Of a DNA stretch of 64,000 nucleotides, positions 57,148 through 64,000 are shown piece after piece. The position numbers and the translations under genes were made by a program. The stretch covers positions 2,848,001 through 2,912,000 of the forward strand of contig OY761556.1 in assembly GCA_963664705.1 (NCBI GenBank), in the 5' to 3' direction. The notes beneath the pieces are model-generated. The model searched no databases, had not been told where the DNA came from, and was given only the letters and a program-made list of their open reading frames with translations. This DNA is from Acidobacteriota bacterium (GTDB taxonomy: Bacteria; Acidobacteriota; UBA6911). The stretch's first letter is position 1; every line of letters starts with the position of its first letter.

Positions 57148-57555
57148 CTACTTGGTTCCTTTCCGGCGCTTGCGTGCCATATGTGCCAATTGCTCCAGTT
57201 CTTCATCGCTTAGGACTCTGGCATCAACCATACCCGCTACAAGTTCTTCTACGGAACCGCGGCAGAAACGATCAATTATTTGGCGTACGGCCCGTGCCGC
57301 AAGGCTGTGCGGCGTCTCTCCGGCGCTGTAGATGTATGCGCGGTCACGGGATTCGTGAGACAGATACCCTTTCTTCTCCAGTCTTCGCAGCATGGTGCGC
57401 ACGCTGGATTCCTTCAGTTTGCGTAGTGGAACGAGCGCCTCATGAACCTGCTCCACCGAGGAGGCTCCACGATTCCAGATAATCTGCATGATTTCATTTT
57501 CCAAATCCGTCAGAGGGGGGCGGACCCTGGCTTTTGCTTCGTTACGATATGTCAT
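57148..57555 (-). CDS. BlaI/MecI/CopY family repressor
   Basis: LTDLENEIMQIIW, SVRTMLRRLEKKGYL, RAYIY, IIDRFCRGS...LV, LS.EEL..L. Confidence 0.93.
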   Translation of the reverse strand: MTYRNEAKARVRPPLTDLENEIMQIIWNRGASSVEQVHEALVPLRKLKESSVRTMLRRLEKKGYLSHESRDRAYIYSAGETPHSLAARAVRQIIDRFCRGSVEELVAGMVDARVLSDEELEQLAHMARKRRKGTK

Positions 57556-57592
57556 GGTACACACTGTACCATATAAACAATTTCAAATGCAA
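57554..57592 (-). promoter_or_regulatory. Sigma70 promoter with overlapping BlaI-type operator; probably a leaderless mRNA
   Basis: Minus strand TTGCAT-N18-TACAGT with extended TGn, 7 nt before the ATG; palindrome ATGGTACA-cac-TGTACCAT at 57554-57572. Confidence 0.75.
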
Positions 57593-57791
57593 AAATATTT
57601 ACTATGGAGTTGATAGACCGATGGATTTGCCCTTAACGGAATACGGGAGTGAAGTCTAATAGCCAACAATGGAAGATAGGAAACAAGGAAACGGCAACCA
57701 TTAAGGCAGTGTTTTCAGGACAATCACAGCAGCATGTGCTAATCTGAAATAAAGAAATCCACAACCTGAAGATTGGCATGAGGAGGATGGC

Positions 57792-58301
57792 ATGACCAAG
57801 CATCAGCGTTTGGTATATATCAGGATCGCATTAATCTCATATTGCCCCATAAGCTGCCTTTTGGCAGGCCTATTGTCGCAGCATATCGCGCGCACTGGCC
57901 CGTCCTATGTTGCGGTACTCTTTCAAGGCGGCTTGCTGCGAAACACTATTCCATTCCCTGGCTATCCGGGTTTGATACAACTGCCGGGATTGGTTCTGGG
58001 TTTCTGCTCGTTTGCCCTTGCGGCACTATTTCTCAATTCGCAACGCCCGCTAATAGGCTTATTCCAAGTGCGCATTCTTCTCATACTTTTGATTTGGTTG
58101 GTCACTTTCCCAATCAACGCGGTAGTGATCTCCGAATCCCGAAACACCGGAACTGCGGCATGGTTGTGTTTGATTTTTGTAGCTGTTCATTTGATTATCG
58201 CATTCGCGGCAACCTTCCTTCCCTTTTTAAGGTCTCGCAAAGCCACAATGGGATGGATGGCGGCAAGATCAGCCAGGCGAGCAGGTTTCAGGATTTGTTG
58301 A
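57792..58301 (+). CDS. Four-TM membrane protein of unknown function
   Basis: GAGGAGG RBS; four hydrophobic segments. Confidence 0.7.
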   Translation: MTKHQRLVYIRIALISYCPISCLLAGLLSQHIARTGPSYVAVLFQGGLLRNTIPFPGYPGLIQLPGLVLGFCSFALAALFLNSQRPLIGLFQVRILLILLIWLVTFPINAVVISESRNTGTAAWLCLIFVAVHLIIAFAATFLPFLRSRKATMGWMAARSARRAGFRIC

Positions 58302-58414
58302 ACCTATCCCCAATTATGTTGGATCCTGCGTTTCGGCATCCGGACATATGCATGAGGAATAAGGCCAAAGCAACAAGGCTATGATTTAAGCGAGTACGGG
58401 ATAGCCGTTCTTAA

Positions 58415-60169
58415 TCATGCGAAATCCAATTCGATATCCAACCACCGATGCCTGGCGTGCAGGAACAGTGCGGCGGACACGAGTACCAAGGCTATGTTCA
58501 GTGGCCATGAATGGAACCGGTAGGCAATAACGGTGATCGGGACCAGCAGCAGCGCGTTGCCCGCCAGCCAGGCGGGTCCCCCAGCATACGCTCTCCGTTT
58601 ACCCGTTAGGAGCGATGCCGCCACCTGTCCCAGCGCCAGTCCCAATCCCATTACAATCATCTGAACCAAACCATCCCAGGACCAATGGAATCGGGACGCG
58701 GCGTCGATCAATTCAAAAGAGCAGCTTTTTGCCTGCAAAATATTTTTACTAAACCATAGAATAAATAAATGCGATACAAATGCGGTTGCGACTATACGCA
58801 GCGACATCAATAAAACAGACCACTCATACGCCCGTAGCGACTGTTTAAGGAATGCCGCTCTCGATGGCAGAGCAGTTTGGAAATAGAGAAGAGGCAGCCG
58901 GTTCCTGTGCGCTTGAAAATCATTTGCCAGAATAGCTGCGCTGAAAAACAGAAGGCCAGGAAGAATAAAATTAATCGCATTTGTCGAATTTTCCGCCAGG
59001 CAGTATGCAAAAGCCATGCAGGTTCCCACATAGCAAAAGGCGGCAAATTTGAGCCAATCGCTTCCGGCCACGAAAACAGGACTTAAAATACCAAATCTCA
59101 GCAATGGCCCCAATCGACTGGACACCACTCCGGCCCTTAGCTTGGAACTCAATTGCATAATCCAGAGTTCCGCTTTTTTTACACCCCCAGGCTGAGTCTT
59201 ATCACGGTTCCAGAGACAAACAACGTAGTCTCGATGCCAGGATTCAGGTGAAAACATGTATGGCAGTTTCAACCCGTCATAACTAATGAAGGAGTAATAG
59301 CCCCAGTAAGGGTCGGCTGAATATGTATAAATTTCCCATTCGGAAATATATACGTACCGCAGGTAACGCCAGCAGATCAGAATAGCGGCGCAGAGGGATA
59401 GAAACAGGACAATAGTCAGGAAGATATTCAGCCGGAAATTTTCCAGGCTCCTAAATTGTATCCCGGCAGACCACCGTGACGTGTCCGCAAACTCGCTGAT
59501 CCCGCAAATGCCATAAATCACCCAAAGGATAAAAGCCCCTCCTGCCAGCGCACTCAAATTATTCAGGAAATACGCGCCAAACCACGAAGTCATGACCGCA
59601 ATGCAGGTAACAAAGGCAAGCAGAATAAAGAAGCTATATATGCCCATTATTGATTTAGCATGCTGCCCTATATTGCCGAGCGCGTTCAGAAATAAGCAGT
59701 AAATAATGAGAAAAGAGCGTGTGTCGTACGACATAAACCGAACGACCCGGCTGTTGTCGCGAAAAAGAAGCCCGTTCAGACAGTAAAGGCCGTACCACAA
59801 AGACAACACCGCCATGCTGAGAAAAGAAGACACCGTTAATAAAATCGGTCCATGGCTAAGTACCGTGAGCGCCAGTACCCATGAAATCAGAATTGCCGGA
59901 AGGGCAAACGCCGCCGCCATTTGATAGCCACGGTACGCGGGAACCAGATCCGTTTCCTCACCCTCTTTGAGTGCCTGCCCCATGCAATATCCGGATGCAA
60001 CGGAGATAAAAGCAATGGCACAGAGAAATAAACTCCAGGAGGTTTTGGGATAGGAGACTGCCAGGGCTATATGAGCCGCTATCACAAGGCAGCCTGCTGC
60101 CGGCAGCACCATTTGCGGCATGAGCCGGTGGTGGCCATAAATCCGCAAAACATGGGAGAGGACCATCAT
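58415..60169 (-). CDS. Large polytopic membrane protein, probable ABC permease
   Basis: About 12-14 TM segments; overlaps the ABC ATPase stop; last gene of the YtrA-type operon. Confidence 0.75.
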   Translation of the reverse strand: MMVLSHVLRIYGHHRLMPQMVLPAAGCLVIAAHIALAVSYPKTSWSLFLCAIAFISVASGYCMGQALKEGEETDLVPAYRGYQMAAAFALPAILISWVLALTVLSHGPILLTVSSFLSMAVLSLWYGLYCLNGLLFRDNSRVVRFMSYDTRSFLIIYCLFLNALGNIGQHAKSIMGIYSFFILLAFVTCIAVMTSWFGAYFLNNLSALAGGAFILWVIYGICGISEFADTSRWSAGIQFRSLENFRLNIFLTIVLFLSLCAAILICWRYLRYVYISEWEIYTYSADPYWGYYSFISYDGLKLPYMFSPESWHRDYVVCLWNRDKTQPGGVKKAELWIMQLSSKLRAGVVSSRLGPLLRFGILSPVFVAGSDWLKFAAFCYVGTCMAFAYCLAENSTNAINFILPGLLFFSAAILANDFQAHRNRLPLLYFQTALPSRAAFLKQSLRAYEWSVLLMSLRIVATAFVSHLFILWFSKNILQAKSCSFELIDAASRFHWSWDGLVQMIVMGLGLALGQVAASLLTGKRRAYAGGPAWLAGNALLLVPITVIAYRFHSWPLNIALVLVSAALFLHARHRWLDIELDFA

Positions 60170-61044
60170 CGGTTCACCTCCAGAAAAATGTCTTCCAGAT
60201 TAAGTGATTCTATCGTGATGCGAGCGGACAATCTTTCACTCAGGCGGAGGATCTCCTCATCCGGAACATTCTCCACCGTCACTTCGGCCGTTGCCCCTTC
60301 AACGACGCTGTGGAGGATATTGGGCGTCGGTATGGGCAGCAGCAAATTCCTGTCGGATTGAATGCGTATCCGGCGGATGCGTTCCTGTAGACTATCGAGC
60401 GCTCCGCGGCAGGCAACCACGCCGTTTTTTATTATCACGATGTCACTGGCAACCCGCTCCAGATCCGATGCAATATGAGAACAAAATATCATGGACCGAT
60501 TTTCGTCCATCCCGAGTTCCACGATCTGACGCAGAAAGTCGCGGCGGGCTAGAGGATCCAGGCTGGCCACCGGTTCATCAAATACAAGAAGGTCCGGCTC
60601 ATGCCCAAGCGCCCGGATAATTGAGAGTTTTTGGATTTCCCCTTCGGACATCCGGCTGATGCGCATTGCGGGACTGAGCCCCCATTCCTTCATCAGGGTG
60701 GAGACTTTTTCGCGATTCCAGCGCTGATAGAACGAACCGACATAATCCAGAAAAGTCCCTGCTTTCATCCAGCGGAATCCGGGCATTGTTTGCGGCACGA
60801 AGCCGATGCGCTGTTTGGCGGCCACGCTGAGGTTCCAGGCCTCCTCACCAAAAACGGTTGCCTTGCCTGCATCCGGCTTCAGAAGACCGAGCATGCATTT
60901 GATAAGCGTTGATTTGCCCGCACCATTGCGCCCCATCAATCCCAGCACTGTTCCGGGCGGCACATTGATATCCAGTCCCATAAGAACGCTCCGGGCATTG
61001 TATCTTTTGCGAATGTTGGTCAGCTCGACAATGTTATTGCTCAT
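60166..61044 (-). CDS. ABC transporter ATP-binding protein (YtrB/DrrA-like)
   Basis: GRNGAGKST, signature variant MSEGE, LLVFDEPVASLDP, SH, LEDIF. Confidence 0.93.
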   Translation of the reverse strand: MSNNIVELTNIRKRYNARSVLMGLDINVPPGTVLGLMGRNGAGKSTLIKCMLGLLKPDAGKATVFGEEAWNLSVAAKQRIGFVPQTMPGFRWMKAGTFLDYVGSFYQRWNREKVSTLMKEWGLSPAMRISRMSEGEIQKLSIIRALGHEPDLLVFDEPVASLDPLARRDFLRQIVELGMDENRSMIFCSHIASDLERVASDIVIIKNGVVACRGALDSLQERIRRIRIQSDRNLLLPIPTPNILHSVVEGATAEVTVENVPDEEILRLSERLSARITIESLNLEDIFLEVNR

Positions 61045-61441
61045 CTCTTTCCTCCAGATACGCAGACAGCGCTTCAAGTACCTCTATCCTGGACAGACCC
61101 AGTTGCTTGGCCTGAGTCGCAACGTCAAGCAGGGCCGGTCGAAGCAGTTCCATGCGCTTTCGGGGAGTGCGGGAGGCGCTATTTAACGAGGCAACACGCA
61201 TCCCGCCGCCGCGAATATGCTCAACCACGCCATCCTTCTCGAGCAGGCTGTAAGCTTTGGAAATCGTCATTGGATTTATTTCGTAATGACTCGCCGCCTG
61301 CCTGATGGAGGGAAGTTCATCTCCAGCTTTGAGCACACCACTGGCGACAAATCGACGCACCTGGTCGATGATCTGCCTGTATATGGGGATCCCCGAGCCG
61401 GGTTTGATATCAAATAGCAGCGTCCGGATATCCTCTGTCAT
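61034..61441 (-). CDS. GntR family regulator, YtrA subfamily
   Basis: SGIPIYRQI..QV, GDELPSIR, INPMTISKAY..LE..G, short C-terminus; upstream of ABC genes. Confidence 0.92.
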   Translation of the reverse strand: MTEDIRTLLFDIKPGSGIPIYRQIIDQVRRFVASGVLKAGDELPSIRQAASHYEINPMTISKAYSLLEKDGVVEHIRGGGMRVASLNSASRTPRKRMELLRPALLDVATQAKQLGLSRIEVLEALSAYLEERDEQ

Positions 61442-61467
61442 TCTGCATTCCTTTAACTTGGCCGAAT

Positions 61468-61510
61468 AATAGTGCATTACTGTAGTAATGCACTATTGCT
61501 GTTATGTCAA
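61468..61510 (-). promoter_or_regulatory. YtrA-type operator palindrome overlapping a sigma70 promoter
   Basis: AATAGTGCATTACT-gt-AGTAATGCACTATT perfect 14-bp inverted repeat (61468-61497); TTGACA on the minus strand at 61510-61505. Confidence 0.85.
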
Positions 61511-61854
61511 TAGAAATTATTATGGCAGCCTGTGGTATTGCATTTTGGGTGTGGGTATAAACAGATCTTCGGCTGGCTTTTAGGCTGGTGGAACAGGGTA
61601 TGAATCGGCATTTTACATTTGGCGCTATCTCCCAGATCGGGGCTGCAAGACAACATCGATTGCGAGTGAAACGATTTGCCGGTATAACTGAATCTTAAGT
61701 CGTCTTACCTCCTGTAGTGCTGACATTGGTCGCGCTTAAGGGATGGAATACATGAAGCCAAGGATTGGGTTCAGTTCTCGGTGAGCAAAACGGCGGAATT
61801 CGGCTCGCAAAAGATGAGCGTATTCGATTGCTACTAGCGCAAGAGTTTATATCT

Positions 61855-62664
61855 ATGCCAGAGATCACTCGCACTGAAGGACAACGAGCTTTTGGGCACG
61901 ATCCCGCGGGTTATGATCATGCCAGACTCGAATATCCGCCAAGTGTTTATGACATTTTGTGCGACCGTTGCGGTTTACGACCTGGAGCGCACACGTTCGA
62001 GGTTGGACCAGGGACAGGCATCGCAACCCGGCAACTGTTGCGGCTCGGAGCGGCTCCACTGATAGCAGTGGAGCCGGATGAGCGCCTTGCTGCATTTCTG
62101 GCAAATACAATAGGCCGGCACACCAGTAATCTCGAGATAAAGATAGTTACTTTTGAGGATGCGGAGCTGCCCTCCGGCTGGTTCGACCTGGGCACGGCTG
62201 CTTCAGTTCTTCACTGGCTCGATGAAGAGGCCGCCCTTCGCAAGGCAGCTAGCATTTTGCGCCCAGGCGGCTGGTGGGCCATGTGGTGGAATGTCTTTGG
62301 TGACCCCTCACAACCCAGTGAGTTTCACGAGGCCACTCAAAGCCTGTGGGCAAATCTGGACCGGAGCCCCGGAAATAGTTCCGACGGCCAGCCTCCATTT
62401 GCTTTAGACATAGATAGCCGCATTGATCGGCTACAGTCCACAGGTACATTCGAAAGTATCACCGGTGAAATAATGCGCTGGACGGAGACCTTAGATACGG
62501 ATCAAGTGATGAAACTGTACGCTACCTTCCCATCGATCAGTCGACTGAATCCTGCGGAGCGGCAGCAGTTCCTCGAGGGGCTCGCTCTTGTTGCTGACAA
62601 CAAATTCGGTGGCCGCGTCAAGCTATTCATGGTGACAGCGCTCTATACGGCGCAGCGGCGGTAG
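61855..62664 (+). CDS. Class I SAM-dependent methyltransferase
   Basis: F..D...YD.AR..YP, EVGPGTGIAT, AVEPD, FDL..AA...HW, LRPGG. Confidence 0.92.
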   Translation: MPEITRTEGQRAFGHDPAGYDHARLEYPPSVYDILCDRCGLRPGAHTFEVGPGTGIATRQLLRLGAAPLIAVEPDERLAAFLANTIGRHTSNLEIKIVTFEDAELPSGWFDLGTAASVLHWLDEEAALRKAASILRPGGWWAMWWNVFGDPSQPSEFHEATQSLWANLDRSPGNSSDGQPPFALDIDSRIDRLQSTGTFESITGEIMRWTETLDTDQVMKLYATFPSISRLNPAERQQFLEGLALVADNKFGGRVKLFMVTALYTAQRR

Positions 62665-62834
62665 TGGGTACAAGGTGGATATCGAGTTTACCCCTGCCGT
62701 AAAAGGAAGTAGAACGGAAAACGCAAAAGATATCGTTAAGAATATTTCTAAACCATATCTCGACTTGCGACAAACATTTGATTAGGCCCTGCTGTTCCGA
62801 CTAGGCGGTTGCACCGTTTTCCTGGAGGCAGATA

Positions 62835-64000
62835 TTATGGCACCCTGAATTCCGCATTCGAAGGCGGCGTTACGGCCTTCTCCTCCGGTCGGGGAATCTG
62901 CGACAGCCACGCGTACGGCACCCGGTATGCCCGGTACACGGCACCCACGCCACGTGCTCCCGTCGGCAGAGGGCTCATATACTCCCACACGATCCGGCGA
63001 TCGCTGGTCACCTCGAACACACGTCCGCCGGCGCCTTCGGTGATAAGCGTGTTGCCGTTCGGCAGCCGCTGCATACCGCTGATGTTGGTGCTGAAGAACT
63101 GGTCCCCTGCCGTGTACGACCAGACGAGCTTCAGCGTTATCGGATCTATCTCGAGGACCCGCGAAGTGGACCGAGCATAAATGCCGATGCCGTTCGGCGC
63201 AATTCCGCTGGGCTCCCCGTAGCCGCTTGAGCCCCCGTTATCGAATACGAGCAGGTTGCCCGCGCCGGGAAGCCCCTTGGGGATGAGGTGGGCGTGATGC
63301 TGGCCGATGATCTGGCCTATCGCGCGCATCGCATCGGATTCGAGGAAGTTGGGCCCAAGCCGCCATACGATCGAACCGTCGCGCGCGATGATGGCAAGCA
63401 GGCTCGCTTCGCGGCAGCTGATGATAATGTTATTCGGTGCAAACCGCTTGTCGCCGGCATCGAACCATCGGTTCGGTCCAACATAGGTCGCGGAATTGAT
63501 GTGCAGCCAGTCGAATGCGGCCGGTGCGGCAGCGCCTCGGTTACCGGCGCGGGCGCCTCGGATCGAAGCACGTGCCCGCGCATCGAAACCCATCTCTCCA
63601 ATGTGGTCGCCCGCGATCCACTCCCAGATGATTTCGCCCGTCGGCGACAGCTCAAGGATGCGGTCGTCCTGCAGCAGCACATCGGCGATGTCGGGTACGC
63701 GGCGGTCGGTGTGCGTCAGAATCAGAGTGTTGGCGCCGGAGCGGGCGGGCGTCGCCTCTGGCGAGTAATAGCCCGCTGGAAAATCCTCGCGCTGCCAATC
63801 GTGGTGCTGGCGCGCCGACCAGATGTTCTGGCCATTTGCGGTCGGGATCTCCTGATTGCGATTAAAGCTCCAGATTTCCTTGCCGTTAAAATCACGCTGA
63901 ATGAGTGCCAGCGACTCCTGCCGTCCCTCCCGAGCGCCACTGGCTGCAATGACATCGCCGTTTGGCAATACCCGCGCCGGACCTCCAGCTGAGTTGTTGA
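62835..64000 (-). CDS. Arylsulfotransferase (ASST) family protein, 5' end outside the window
   Basis: RQHHDW, DWLHINS, GQHHAH.I, LVFDNGG, SRVLEIDP, SGMQRLPNGNTLITEG, VYRAYR. Confidence 0.9.
   Translation of the reverse strand, partial: NNSAGGPARVLPNGDVIAASGAREGRQESLALIQRDFNGKEIWSFNRNQEIPTANGQNIWSARQHHDWQREDFPAGYYSPEATPARSGANTLILTHTDRRVPDIADVLLQDDRILELSPTGEIIWEWIAGDHIGEMGFDARARASIRGARAGNRGAAAPAAFDWLHINSATYVGPNRWFDAGDKRFAPNNIIISCREASLLAIIARDGSIVWRLGPNFLESDAMRAIGQIIGQHHAHLIPKGLPGAGNLLVFDNGGSSGYGEPSGIAPNGIGIYARSTSRVLEIDPITLKLVWSYTAGDQFFSTNISGMQRLPNGNTLITEGAGGRVFEVTSDRRIVWEYMSPLPTGARGVGAVYRAYRVPYAWLSQIPRPEEKAVTPPSNAEFRVP

Noticed and set aside
1-64000. CRISPR array, tRNA, rRNA, prophage or intact IS element
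   Set aside because: No regularly spaced direct repeats, cloverleaf motifs, phage genes or transposase motifs seen by eye; a covariance-model scan could still find small RNAs

Overview
64 kb of ordinary-looking bacterial chromosome with about 50 genes. I infer an anaerobe or facultative anaerobe of the Acidobacteriota from the acidobacterial VWA domain, a GWxTD domain, a TIGR02999-type ECF sigma with a Ser/Thr kinase, and deltaproteobacteria-like Fe-S proteins. I see no rRNA, tRNA, CRISPR array, prophage or intact transposase. Content includes tag, a parE/parC pair, two ECF sigma modules, BlaI/BlaR1-type and YtrA-ABC modules with visible operators, several enzymes and many secreted proteins of unknown function. 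Best second-look items: (1) an orphan FlgG-like rod protein with a Sec-type signal peptide behind a sigma54 site; (2) a 66-aa signal-peptide-plus-anchor microprotein under a sigma54 promoter with three TGT-N11-AC(A/G) boxes, divergent from an unannotated Flp pilin gene with an in-frame stop; (3) an ECF/anti-sigma/DUF3106 module with matching divergent promoters and a secreted protein carrying a copy of the anti-sigma tail motif; (4) a BlaR1-type transducer with BamD-like plus GWxTD sensor domains; (5) a TMTC-like glycosyltransferase next to an IPT/TIG surface protein. All family calls come from motif recognition by eye, not database searches, so novelty is unverified.
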